Of a DNA stretch of 64,000 nt, positions 49,846 through 64,000 are shown one piece after another (within the stretch, counting starts at the first letter, position 1; each line of letters starts with the position of its first letter). The translations under genes and the position numbers were made by a program. The stretch is taken from NCBI RefSeq assembly GCF_006345805.1, contig NC_043012.1:37014001-37078000 (forward strand). Direction: 5' to 3'. The notes below the pieces were generated by a model. The model worked only from the letters and a program-made list of their open reading frames with translations. It was not told the origin of the DNA and ran no database searches. This DNA is from Octopus sinensis (taxonomy: Eukaryota).

Positions 49846-52582
49846 TATATATATATGTGTATACATATATATACACACACATACACACTTTATTTGTGGG
49901 TTAACAAGGCAACCAATGGTTTCACGTGAAGAGGTCTTCACAATTGTTTAAGCATGCCACATGGAAGTGTTGGTATTCCTTTCCGTTTTGGCTGGGAATA
50001 CCATTGATAGCCCTGTTAATCCACAAATACAGAATATTTAATCCACCAATTTCAGTGTTAAGCACTCATTCTCGGTATTGAATATTAGCATATATTCACA
50101 CATACGTATGTATGTATCTACTAGGATTTATCAAATGCCATTATGTGTCTGCCCATATTCTCTACATGGACTACAATTATTCCAATTATTGTTGTTAATA
50201 ATATTGTACATACTTGAAACTGAGCCGGGTTGTTATTACAAATCCTGACTCAAATTTGAACACATTCTAAAAAAAAATTTGTTTTTTGTAAATCTTTTTT
50301 TTTCTGCTCTTATGCCACAATGGTTTGGTATGGTATGTCTTTGAAGCAACCAGTTCCTCATAACACTGGCAGGTCTTACTGGAAAAAAAAAAGTGCCAAC
50401 TTTATTTTCTCATCACAACATCTCAAAGAACTTTGGTCTTCAATGTCTCACCCCACTCCCTATTTTTTTGCGATAAATTTTTATTCTTTTTCTCTTCTTT
50501 TTCCTCCACCTCTGCAAAAGTAAATCCGATTCTTTATTTCTCATAATCTCACTCGTTTCCTACCTTCTCTGTCTCTTCGATTTTCTTATAGTGATCCTCT
50601 ACTCCAATTCCTCCACATCTTTAGATATATGGTTCACAGGTTCTCATAGAATTTCTAGCTACCGTTCTGTAGCAGAAGATATCAACTTTGTTCTTCTGCT
50701 TTCAATATTTACCAACAAAAACTGTTTTAAATATAAAAGGAATTTTTTTTTCTGTTTTCTTTTTGAGAATATTTACAATTTTCTCTCACTAACCTAAGAA
50801 TTTAATTTGCCATTAGTGCATTTACTCACAGGAACCTGGTTCTATATTTAGTTGATGTTATTCAAGAACTGGTTCCTGTGTAGTGGTCGTTGCTGATCAC
50901 GTGACACTGGTTACTTCCTCCATCAATTGTCACTGCTACGGTTGTGCTTAAACACACAAAAAAAAAAAAAAATGAACAACTTTCAGTTTAAATCATAGTT
51001 TGTTGTTTCTGGAAAAAAAACACTGAATATTTTCCAAATTACGTGGTTATGTTAATATTAAAAGAAAAAAGAAAATTATATATATGTATAGTATATATAT
51101 ATATACGTGCCTTATTTTTTTAACAATAACCCCCACCCCTTTCCTTCCTATTCTTCTCATCGTCTTGGGAATACAAAGTAAATGTTGAAACATTTCTTTC
51201 TTCAACTTTCCCCAATCTTTGACTCTTATTTAAAATCACAGTTTGGAAACTTTTAAAAATCCTCAAGGACTTGAAAAAAAAAAAAACCTGTTGAATAATT
51301 CCTCCTCATCTTTGATTAAACCTTCTCTCTTTGTCTCTCTCCCTCTATTATCTTTTTTTTTTTTTTCTTTGTTTAGCAGTTTGGATAACTCTTTCTCTCT
51401 GTCTTTCTCTTTCACCAAACATTTCTCTCCTCTTTCACAGCCTCCTTCCTGGCTCATACTTTCTTCTGTAATTTTAATGTGTTTACTTACCTAGATTTTG
51501 AACTCACTACCTTTTAGTTTATATAACTGCTGTACTATCAACTCTTCTTGTACAAACACTCTATTTCCTTGCATTTTTTTTTTGCGTTCTTAATTTTGTT
51601 TTCTTTTTTTTCTTCCTCTTTTTGAAATTCCCAAAATTTTTGATTTCCTACTGAAATTTTAAAACCAGTGAAAAAAAACTTTGAAATTCTTTAAATGAAA
51701 AAAAAAAAAAAAACCACATTTGACAGAAAGACAAAATTCTGCTAAAAACTGGACCCATTTTCCCCCTAAGTTTTTTACTTTTATTTTTTCCCTTTTTCCA
51801 TCCCCACCCTTCATACATTTGCATCATCATCTTTTATGCTAGTAAGAATGAGAAAATATCATCAAATATGTGTTGTTCTCCCCCCCCCCCCCCCACTTTT
51901 TTTATTTATTTATCAAACATGGCAAGTGTGATGTTTATATTAATATACTTTTGCAATTTTCATGTCTACACGTCTCTGCCAAACGGTGAAGACCATTTTT
52001 TCGAGAGCCATTCCTAGTCTTTAAGACTAATTGCTTTTAACACTTAATTTATTGTAAACAGGGACTTCTATTTTTCTCTTTATTAAGGGGTCACTTTACC
52101 TTTCAACCCATCCCAGGGTTGGTAAAAACAAAGTACCAGTCATATACTGGAGTCAAGAATGTTTGACTACCCTCCTACCCTCAATTTTACTGGCCTTGTA
52201 TCTAAATCAGAAACAATTATTATTAATATTATTATTATTATTATTTTGGTAGGCGAGTGTATAATAATTTGTTGCCTTGTTTAATCCAAAGAATTTATTT
52301 GGTAAGTTATTACCAAACAGTGATTTTTTTTAAAGTACTCTAGTGATTCTTCCCCTCTTGAAACCAAACTCTCTCTCTCTCTCTCTCCTGCCCTGTCTTG
52401 TTATCCCAGAGCATTGTGAGTTTGAATTCAGAAAGACAATCTGTTAGTCACCATTTTACAATCTTTCATTTTATGTATTTATCATTGTTCTCTTAGCAAA
52501 ACATTTAATTGCTTTATTTCTTTCATTTTTTTAAAAGGTATTATTATTATTTTTATTATTATTATTATTATTATTATAATAA

Positions 52583-52979
52583 AGGTGGTGGCCCTGGCAG
52601 AATTGTTAGCGAAATGCTTAGTGACATTCCATCTGTCTTTACATTCTAAATTCAAATTCTGCCAAGGTCTCGTCTTGGGGGGTCAATAAATTAAGTACCA
52701 GTTGCATACTGGTGTCGATCTAATCAACCGGTCCCCTCCTCCAAAATTTCAGGCCTTGTGCCTATAGTAGAAAGGATTATTGTTGTTATTATTATTATTA
52801 TTATTAAGAGAATGAGCTGGCAGAATCGTTTGCATTCTGGACCAAATGCTTAGCAGCTCATCTTTACATTCTGAGTTCAAATCCCGCTGAGGTCAACTTT
52901 CATCGTTTTAAGGTGAATGTGACTGACGATCCCCAACTCACCCAAAAATTGCTGGCCCTGTGCCAAAATTAGAACAAAT

Positions 52980-53010
<31 letters not shown>

Positions 53011-53370
53011 GGGTTGTGATTTGTTAGAATTGTTGGAGCATTGGACAAAATATTTTTTGGTATTTATTCCAGTTCTGTCTGTTCTGATTAAAGGCAGTGA
53101 GCTGGCAGAACTGTTGGCACATTGGAGGAAATACCTTGTAGTATTTCTTCCAACCCCCTTAATGTTTTGAATTCATCCCACTGGGGTCCACTTTGCCTTT
53201 CATCCTTTCTGGGTCGACAAAATTAAGTATAAGTTTGGGGTGGGGGTTAATGTAATGAACTAAACCCCACTCTCTATAATTGCTGGCCCTGTGCCAAAAT
53301 TAGAAAGCTTTATTATTATTATTATTATTATTATTCCCAGATTTTCAGGCCTTGTGCCTATAGAAGAAAC
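52583..53370 (+). mobile_element. Cluster of three or more SINE family B copies separated by (TTA)n
   Basis: Repeated GCTGGCAGAA...TTCAAAT...GTGCCAAAATTAGAA units between ATT tracts. Confidence 0.72.
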
Positions 53371-53414
53371 TATTATGAGTATGGAACTTTATCTATAGAA
53401 ATATAACAGAAGCT

Positions 53415-53456
<42 letters not shown>

Positions 53457-54470
53457 GTGGTGATGATGATGTTTGTGGTAAAATAAAAACGGACATCATT
53501 AATGTTAATTTCTCTAGACTGTATTTTCTTTATGACAATATGGTTCATTAACTAATTAGTTTTGTTAACTAGTCTACAATTAGTAACTTACATTTAGTAA
53601 CTTACATTTAGTAACATTTATCCAGGTTTTCAATCAAATGTTATATTTTAACAGCTCACCCCTCCCACCCTCCTTTCTATCGATATTTAACAGTTGTAAT
53701 TATATCAAGTGATTGGGACATCATTAAAAAAATTCCTCAATATCAGAGGTCTTTTGTTGTCCTTTTCTTGTGAGGATTTGAGCTCCGGCGCCTTCCACTC
53801 ATAGCTGCGAACTGTCCCCACTGAAGTTCATATTCAGTATAACTCTGGTAACAAGGGTCAAGCCTTCAAACTGGTGGTCCCTGTCGACTTGGGTTGCCTA
53901 ACATTTTACCCTTTTAGAAGTGTAACACAATTGGTAATAATTACTAATGGAACCAGCCATTTTGTTCTTTCTCTGTCTGTGATTCTAATGACATCAAGGG
54001 AACCATTCCTCTGCAGTCTGAGTGATATCTCTTACAAAATGCCATAAAAATTCAATGATTTCTTTTTAAACATTGTGAGTTTTATATCTACTTAAAACCC
54101 CATTTGTTAGCCCCTCCCCCTCTACCTTCTCTCAACCAATAGTTTGCTATTAACTTCCAAACCACAATGTTTGTGAATGTGTGTGTATATATATATATAT
54201 ATATATACATACATGTCTGTATAAATATCTAAGTCTATATATATATATTTAAATATATATATATGTCTATATATAGATGTATATATATATAAATATAAAT
54301 ATATATATATATATGTCTATATATACATGTGTGTATATATATATATATTATATATGCATGTATATGTATTTATACACACAATTATATTAAGTGTAAAAAT
54401 TTTTGTTTTTACAAAGAGAATGTTAATGTTGATTTTGAAGGTTTGGCTCGTTAGCTCACAACTAATTTAC

Positions 54471-54514
54471 ATAGTCTGATGACGGCTAGAGAGCCAAAAC
54501 TTTGAAGTCACTGT
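54471..54514 (+). ncRNA. Hammerhead-ribozyme-like motif with G12A change
   Basis: ATAGT-CTGATGA-c-GGCT-agag-AGCC-AAAA-C-TTTGAA-GTC-ACTGT. It has a 5-bp stem I, 4-bp stem II, near-palindromic stem III and GUC triplet, but GAAA reads AAAA. Confidence 0.55.
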
Positions 54515-55799
54515 CAGCTTTTCTTGTAAATATAAAATAAATATGGTACTATACCGAAAGGAATTACGTGATCTTTCGATTTAATGTTTGAGTAAGCATG
54601 TATGTGTGTTTGTGTGTGTGTGTGTATATTCATATACGCACATTGGATTTTATGTATAAAAGAGGTTTTGGTCAGCAGGCACATTTTTCAATGTAGTTAC
54701 GTACGCACAACATTTTGAATTTAATTAATTTTTTTCTCACTGCAGTTTTTCATCAGTAGATACTTACTGAAGGACATCACACCATTATCACTACATGCAA
54801 CCAGAGATTATTGTCAGTCTCCAGGACAAAAAAAAAAACAACCAATAGAGAAATATATGTAAAAACGAAACAAAAAAAAAACTGGAGAAAATTAAAAATA
54901 AAACATTAAGATTATATATATATATATACACACATATACACCCACCGTTTAACTTGTTAATGTAGAGTGAGATTGTCATTGTTTAAAACAAGATGGAAAG
55001 TTTTTTTTTTACAAAGTGAAGAATCATCATATTTGGTGGCATTAAAGATGCATGGGGTGGCGGGTATTAGATGCACCCCAATTTCAGCAGAGCTCATTTT
55101 CCAAAATAATGATAATGGGGGAAGGGAGGGTGGGGGGCAAAAAAAAAAGGAAAGCAAAGGTTTTTAGTATCATTAAAAATTTATGGTAGGTCCATTTTCA
55201 CATAAAGGATGTTGGGTGGGTTTTTTTTTTTCTTTTTTCCTTTTGAGACATTATTTTGAAAAATGTGCCACCAAATACGATAATTGCATAGTTAATAATA
55301 ATAATAATAATTAACTATGAAGATGAAATTTGAGTCATTAATAGGTAATTATCTTTCACATTTTTAACATCCTTTTTACTACATATTTTGGTTTTATTAT
55401 TATTATTATACCAAAGAATGCTAAACTATGCAAAAGCTGCTACAATTTCATGGTATTTTCTGAGTTGTTTTTTTTGCAATCCCCAAAATTTCTTCAAACC
55501 AAATAACACTATTTTTTATCATTCAACTTGTAAATTTTTTTCTCTTTCTCTCTCTCTCTGTCTCTTTCTAAAAGACAAGAGAAAGACCATTATTTATATT
55601 TATTTATTTATTTATTTCTAATTATTATTCCATAAAATTTCAAGTAAAGAGAGATACTTCTGTGATTCTATATTTGTTTTTATTTTTTTAATTTTTCCCT
55701 TTTTGTTTTACACAGATTTCATTTTGAAAGAAAAAACAATTGTCTTCTAACATCTTTCTTTAACCATTCATTAAACACACACACACACACATGTATATG

Positions 55800-55842
<43 letters not shown>

Positions 55843-55860
55843 TGCATATATGTATGTATG

Positions 55861-55904
<44 letters not shown>

Positions 55905-56189
55905 GCATATATGTATGTATGTATATCTTTTGATATATTCTCAGTTTATTGCTGGCAAGGGCAGCAGTATTTGGTATTGTAACCACTTTATTCTACCAAG
56001 CATATTATCAGATCATAAATCGTTCCTGTCATGCTGTGTTAGCATTGCTATAATCTAAATTTAAGGTTGCCTCTATAGATTTCCTATAGGATTCACAGCC
56101 AGCAGTGTAAATTAAGATGTTCAGAGCATGCATGTTTATGTGTGTGTATATATATATATATATATTGTATTTATACGTATGTGTGTATG

Positions 56190-56500
56190 TCTTCTTCAGT
56201 TGTCTGTCGTAGGTCAACATTGGTTGTTCCTATTCTGTGATCCATTCTGGCCGGTCTGCATCTGGGTTACAATGCCTGCCCTTCATCTGCTGCAGACAAA
56301 GCTACTTGACGCAATGGAGAAGTGACGCCTCTCATGTGCTCTTTTTCTATTTTCCCTCTTGTTTCTCCTCAATGGCTGGGATTATGTGCTTCAGCAATTG
56401 GTGCCGTTCATCGCGCCACAGGACCTTCTCCTCCAACATGTCTGGGGAGATGTTGAAGTTCATTATTTGTCTCTTTAGCACATCCCTGTATCGCAACCTC
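56190..56500 (-). pseudogene. RTE/BovB-like LINE 3' fragment
   Basis: The minus strand encodes RLRYRDVLKRQIMNFNISPDMLEEKVLWRD, resembling the post-RT R(Y/W)KD.LK segment of RTE elements. Confidence 0.45.
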
Positions 56501-56503
56501 TAG

Positions 56504-56525
56504 CCATAATATGTATGTATATGTG

Positions 56526-56572
<47 letters not shown>

Positions 56573-56983
56573 TACATGGATAGAATCTTGCCCCATCATC
56601 ATCAACAAATAACCTTTACTAATTTCCTTCATAAACCCTTTGTTTTTCTCATGGAATTTTCATGGCACTCTCCAAAGACTGGTTTTCTGTTAGCTTTCTT
56701 TTGGTATTTTGGACAAGATATCAATATCTGGTCAGTTGGATAGAGACAGGTTCACCACCCATGCATGGCAGTTTGGAATGTAATGGGAAGAATGAATACC
56801 ACAAGGTATTTTGTCCAGTGTTTGAAAAATTATGTTGGTTCAGATTCTGAATTTGTACTTTATTCCATTTGCCCTGGGAAGATGAACGGACATGTTGACC
56901 TCGGCAGGATTCCAACTTGAAATCTCAAGTCAGAAGAAATAATACAAAACATTTTGTCTGGCATTTTGCTAGATTTATATACT

Positions 56984-57023
<40 letters not shown>

Positions 57024-57589
57024 AACACATATGTACAGATGTATAAACATATATATATATATATATATGTTTTTCCACCCATGCTAGCATGGAACACGGA
57101 TGTTAAATGATGATGATGATATATATGTATATATATGTGTGTGTGTGTGTATATGTATATATATGTGTGTGTGTGTGTGTATATGTATATATATGTGTGT
57201 GTGTGTGTGTAAATATCTATATATGTGTGTGTGTATATATGTGTATGTGTGTGTATATATGTATATATGTGTGTGTATGTATACATATATGTGTGTGTGT
57301 ATATATGTATATATACGTGTATATATGTATATGTGTATATATGTATATGTGTATATATATATATGTATGTATATATATATATATACATATATGTATATAT
57401 ATATATGTGTGTATATATGTATGTGTGTATATATGTATATGTGTATATATGTATATATATATACATATATGTATATATATATATGTGTGTGTGTGTGTAT
57501 ATATGTATATATATATGATTGATTGATTCTAGTTTCAGCTTATGAGCTGTGGCCATGCTGGGGCACCGCCATATATATATGTATATATA

Positions 57590-57645
<56 letters not shown>

Positions 57646-58056
57646 TACATGGATAGAATCTTGCCCCATCATCATCAACAAATAACCTTTACTAATTTCC
57701 TTCATAAACCCTTTGTTTTTCTCATGGAATTTTCATGGCACTCTCCAAAGACTGGTTTTCTGTTAGCTTTCTTTTGGTATTTTGGACAAGATATCAATAT
57801 CTGGTCAGTTGGATAGAGACAGGTTCACCACCCATGCATGGCAGTTTGGAATGTAATGGGAAGAATGAATACCACAAGGTATTTTGTCCAGTGTTTGAAA
57901 AATTATGTTGGTTCAGATTCTGAATTTGTACTTTATTCCATTTGCCCTGGGAAGATGAACGGACATGTTGACCTCGGCAGGATTCCAACTTGAAATCTCA
58001 AGTCAGAAGAAATAATACAAAACATTTTGTCTGGCATTTTGCTAGATTTATATACT

Positions 58057-58096
<40 letters not shown>

Positions 58097-58670
58097 AACA
58101 CATATGTACAGATGTATAAACATATATATATATATATATGTTTTTCCACCCATGCTAGCATGGAACACGGATGTTAAATGATGATGATGATATATATGTA
58201 TATATATGTGTGTGTGTGTGTATATGTATATATATGTGTGTGTGTGTGTGTATATGTATATATATGTGTGTGTGTGTGTGTAAATATCTATATATGTGTG
58301 TGTGTATATATGTGTATGTGTGTGTATATATGTATATATGTGTGTGTATGTATACATATATGTGTGTGTGTATATATGTATATATACGTGTATATATGTA
58401 TATGTGTATATATGTATATGTGTATATATATATATGTATGTATATATATATATATACATATATGTATATATATATATGTGTGTATATATGTATGTGTGTA
58501 TATATGTATATGTGTATATATGTATATATATATACATATATGTATATATATATATGTGTGTGTGTGTGTATATATGTATATATATATGATTGATTGATTC
58601 TAGTTTCAGCTTATGAGCTGTGGCCATGCTGGGGCACCGCCATATATATATGTATATATATGTGTGTGTG
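56504..58670. repeat. ~1.07-kb direct tandem duplication
   Basis: Identical ORF pairs are offset by 1071-1073 nt (56662/57735, 56721/57794, 57100/58171). Confidence 0.9.
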
Positions 58671-58699
58671 TGTGTGTATATATGTATATATATATGTAT

Positions 58700-58731
<32 letters not shown>

Positions 58732-58797
58732 GTATATGTATATATATATATGTATATATATATATGTATATATATATGTATGTATATGTATATATAT

Positions 58798-58829
<32 letters not shown>

Positions 58830-61800
58830 GTATATGTATATATATATATGTATACATATATATATATGTATATATATATATATGTATACATATATATATA
58901 TATGTATATGTATGTATATGTATATATATGTATGTATATGTATATATATATATGTATATATATATATGTATGTGTATATATATATGTATATATATATGTA
59001 TATGTACATATATATGTATATATATATATATACACACACATACACAGACACATAAATATATATATATATATATATATAAAGTATATATGAACCCATATAT
59101 ATATATCATTTAATATAATCAATAACAAAAGAGCCACTCATAGTTTCATGCTTTACGATACATTAAATTGGCAGGTGTATATAACATGCCAAGTATCTCC
59201 AACTGAAATTTTGTGAAAATCTTCAAAAGATATTTTCTTCCTTCTTCTCCAAATTATTTATGAATATTTATTATGATATTTCTCACCCCCCCCCCTTTTT
59301 TTAAATCAAATATTGTTAATCAAAATAATTTAGTTTTAAATACGATTTTTAATTCACCTGAATGTGAAGCTAATTGGTGAATTATTTTCCATTTTTTCTT
59401 TGTTTTACTTAATTAATTAATTATTTTTTTCCTCAAAAAGTGATGATCTATCTGTGAAATCGTGACAGGGTTGTGCCTGGAAACCTGAAACAGTATCGTG
59501 CAAGAGGGGGATATTAAGATTTTGAGTGACAGTTTTAGAAAAACAAAAACCAAAAAGAAAAAAAAGAATCTTTAAACAAAATAAAAAATTAATAATAATG
59601 ATGATAATAATACTAATGCTAATAATAATGATAATAATAATAATAATAATCACTTTCATTAAAAAAAAACAATAAAAAACAATATTTAAAATTTTTGTAT
59701 GTTATTTGAAAATATCACCTTGCTTAATTTATAAATTTTAAAACAAATTTTACAAGAAAAAAATATGTTAAAAATTAAACATTTCCAATATTTTCAGAAA
59801 AGAATAAAAACATGCAAAAAAAAATAATTGAAAATAAAAAAAATATATAATAAAAATGGTTGAAATTGGAATTTGAACTGAAGTGAAAATGGCTATCAGT
59901 TTGAACTTAGGTCCCCAATGACTGCCAGTTTCACTGGAGACATTTTCCTATTGTTTCTTTGATAACTGTGCTGCCTTTAATCTCCTTCCAACCAAACTTT
60001 TTATGGGGGAGGGAATTACACAAAACTTATTGTAAAATAACCTTTTTTTTTTTATTATTATTTGTTATTTTCATTTCAGACCTATTATTTATAAGAACCA
60101 CTATTTCTTGTCACTCAAAACAAGTTTTCTATTCTTCAGTTTACTTTTAGAGCTAAATTAAATATTTAAAAACTATTTCGAACCCTTAACTCTTGTTATT
60201 TCTCACACACTCCGTACTTTAGAGAAATGCTATCTTTTAGATATTTTACACAGAAATTCTTGTATTTCATAAATAAATATAAAAAAAAGACAACTTTTAT
60301 TCTTTTCTTCATGCATGAATGCCTATGATGTTTATGTAGATTAAAAAAACAAAAAACAAAACAAAACTGTATGCCAGTATTGAAACTGCGACCAGCTGGC
60401 TTCCACTGTTAATTTATACACAATCTAAATCCCTATAATGATGGTTATAGTAACTGTAGGATTAATTAGTAAGTAACATAGATACACATCTTCAAACGGA
60501 AGAAAATTTCCTCTAAAAATACTCACATTTTCCCACATTTATGGAATTTTCAATGCAATTATTAATTATTTAATCACCAATTAATTTTTTTTTTCTAGAA
60601 TCCAACATTTTTTTTATCAAAGGAAAAAAAAATCACTTTTGACATCTTAAGATTTCTTAAACAAGCCAAAATATTGAAAGCACTTTTTAATGAAACACTT
60701 CACAATTTAATTAAAAAACAACAGAAAAACCAAAAAAAAAATTGTCTAACCATAATTACTGAAATTGGTTTTTTTTTTTGTTTTATAAATCATTATTCAG
60801 TTTTTCTTTTTATAAATAACAAACCTGTTCCTAACTATAATTAGATGCGTTAGAATGTCCTAATTGATGTGACATATCTGGGCTAAAGATGTGGCTTACA
60901 TTTAATTATATCAACTACTAGACAGAAAAATGCAGGGAAATCCTGTTGTGTTCAATGAAGCAAGCCTTTTCATTCATTGCTGACATTTGACCCTTTTTTT
61001 TTTTATAGAAACTTCACAAACCTTTATTATGTGATGGACTAACTCGAAAGAGAAAAAAAAAAAAATTTTAAAAACAAACAGGGTGGGTTTTTTTTTATTA
61101 CAAAAAATGTCTTATTTAACAGCAGAACGTGAAAAGAAAAAAAAAAAAAACATCTGCTGTACAAATAAAAATAATTCTTTTAACTTTTAAAACAGATTTA
61201 AAAAAAAAAAAAGAAAAAAGAAAAGAAAGCATTGATTTGCAATGTTGACCAAGATGAAGACGTCAATGTTGTAGACAAATTTGTCATGATTGTGATGATG
61301 ATGATGATGATGATGATGTGCGTTGGATTAACAACCTTCAGTGCCTGTAAGTACACAAGGGAGTGATCGACCCTTTATATTTTGAGAGCCTTTCTTTCCT
61401 GTTCACCTCACATTTTACTTAAAAATAATAATATTAAAAAAAAAAAATACCAAAACAATAAACAAACAAACAAACAAACCCCTTTTCAATCGATTTAGAA
61501 TGGAATCAGTCTTTTTTTTTTTATTTGTAAAAGTGATTTTAGCATTTTTTTTTTCCAGTTTTTTCTAAACTTAAGATTTATAATTTATACTTTAAAAAAA
61601 ACAGAAAAACATCTGAAAATATTTCTTCAGCTTGTAAAACATAATGACAACAGTTGTATTAATGTTGTTATGTTATTGTTTTTTTCTCTCTCATTTTTAT
61701 AACTGATATAATATATATGTATATATCTATATATATATATATAATGTATATATGAAGTTTTTCATTCTTTTGAAACCTTGTACACCTGGTTGCAGCTTGT

Positions 61801-63456
61801 GAATTGTACAATTAATTAATTAAAAAAAAAAACTGATAATAGTAAATCGAAAATAGGCTACACCTTGCCAGCCCCTCTGAATACTAGCAGAACATGTCAA
61901 CCAGCCCTCTTGAGTTCTTAACTACCCTTTTTTTTTTCTTGCCAGATTTCTGTTGAAAAAATATATGGCCTTTTTTTGTTTCAAGTAATTGTGAAAATGA
62001 TGAAGAATTTAGTAAAATAGCCTTGTCGTGTTTGGAACATAAAATGAACTTGAAAATCCGATGAAAGGTTTTAATTTAGATCACTTTAACCCTTTTGTTA
62101 CCATATTCCTGTTGGAATACACTGCCTTTGTTCCGGTCAGTTTTGAAAATGGTGAAGAATTTAATGAAATAATTTTGTCATTATTAAGTTAGTGTTTGGA
62201 ACATAAATGGACAAGAAATTTTCATGAAAGGTTTTAATTTAGACCCCTTTTTAAGCATAGTTTTTATCTTTATCACAGAACCAGTGGGGAGGGAGGGGGG
62301 GTCTCGGGTGTGTCAGAACCAAAAAAGGTTAAGACTGAAATCTGTTAATATTTTAAGTGTCTAATTAAGTTTGTGAAATGTGTTTTTTTTTAAAATTAGC
62401 CAAAGGCAATATGTGACAGTCGATGCCTAAATCTGTCAGACACGTCCCCTGTGTTTGGTGATAATCCTAAATCCCATTTTCTAAACATCAAAACACTAAA
62501 ACCATGAAACACTAAATCTATGATCGAAAAATATTCATCCCCCCCCCACTTTCATGTTCTTGAAAAATCTTCGTTAAAATGAGAGACAGCAACACTTTTT
62601 GTGTGTATGTGTGTGTGTGATCCAGTGATCAATTATTTCAACAACCAATATCACTGATCTAAGATCATTAAGTGCCACAAGATCAGTTACCATTTTCTCG
62701 ATCATTCTCATAATTTGCCCCGACAACAAAAGTACAGATTTCATATTCTCCAAACTCCACCAAAATTACATTTATTTCAATTAATCCAATTATATCATGT
62801 TATTTAATTATCAATTATCTCATATTAATTAATGTACACAGCAGGCATGGTTTCGTGGTGAAGTTCACTTTTGCAACCATGGTTTCAGGTTCAAATCCTA
62901 ATATGTGGCACCTTGGGCAAAGGTCTTTTACCATAGATTTCAGGTCAACCAAAGCCTTGTGAACAAAAAAATTTGGTAGACAATAAGAAACTGTGTGGAA
63001 GCCTGTTGAAGGATCTGTCCTCATCTGAGAGTGGCAGACTGAATTTCCTGTCTGGTTTAATGCCAACGTTTGACCCTTCAATACCCTTAGCAGAACCTAT
63101 TCCCTTACAAGCATACAAGCTAGGTAAGGGGTATGGCCTGGGGCTCACTCGGTCCCTTCTTCCCCATGGTTTGGGAAACCCTGAAAAATGTTATGAGGTA
63201 GAGGAGGGTGGAGTCTACCTTTCCACCTCTGGCGAAAGAATTTAACCTGACAGACCTTTACAGAAGCTGGAAGCAATGTCACACCTTGGAGCTGATGTTG
63301 CTAAATTCTAGGCATTCAGCTTCGTACCTTTTAGTTGAAATAATTAATTTGTAAGCCCGATTCTGTTGCTCTTGCCCCTCTCTCTCTCTCAGACCTTTCC
63401 CATGTTACCATTCTACAAATGCCTTCACTATTTAATCAGGTTGTCATCAAAACTAT

Positions 63457-63494
<38 letters not shown>

Positions 63495-64000
63495 TGATAT
63501 TGGCAGTTTTTTTCCTTTTTTTTACATGTTTAACAAATAGCAACTACAAAAATAGTTGTCGGACATCTTTTGAAAAAAAAGAAACCCCAAAATTTCATTA
63601 GTCTGGTTGTCCATTGTTCCGCTGCACCGATTGATGCAGAAGAATATTTTGTAGTAAGCGTCCTGACAGTTAAACCAAAATTCACAGAGTGTATAACATA
63701 ATACAAGAAACACATGACCACTTTGAAACGCTGGGCTTTACATCGCAAAAACAACAACAACCCCCCACCCCCCAACTTCCAGTGTTTTGTTTCTGACCCC
63801 ACCCCCACCCCACGACCACACTCACACATTCACCTACCCAACCACAGTAACTAGTTATTACTGGTTCCAATACCATTACTGATCTCTTTGGTTTCTCTGT
63901 TCTCCCTAATTCTAAAATGCATCAGGAAAAAACAAAAACAAACAAAAAAAAAACAAGAAAAGAAAAAAAAATAAACCAAGTTAAAGAAACAATAAAGTCA

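Noticed and set aside
56975-59137. Long YI/VC-rich ORFs
   Set aside because: They are (TA)n/(TG)n microsatellite translations.

Overview
This is AT-rich, repeat-dense animal genomic DNA. The SINE, LINE and microsatellite make-up looks like an octopus or other coleoid cephalopod (inference). One host gene is supported, on the + strand, with three coding exons: 11995-13657, 36173-36304 and 41470-42479. Both introns are phase-1 GT-AG and the predicted protein is 934 aa. Exon 1 encodes a DUF3504-type tyrosine-recombinase-fold domain of the KIAA1958/ZMYM/QRICH1 class (domesticated Crypton) that appears to have lost most catalytic residues. The rest is RTE, CR1/L2-group and R4/Dong-like LINE remnants, several SINE families, piggyBac-, hAT- and Tc1/mariner-type MITEs, and long microsatellites, which generate almost all other ORFs in the track. 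The most unusual signal is a set of short non-coding AT-rich elements embedded in (TA)n/(CA)n tracts. They carry minimal type-I hammerhead ribozyme motifs and internal fold-back inverted repeats, and at least two share both termini. I infer these are non-autonomous Penelope-like or retrozyme-like elements. A 604-bp near-perfect palindrome and a ~1.07-kb tandem duplication may be real or assembly artefacts. All calls were made by eye; repeat boundaries are approximate.
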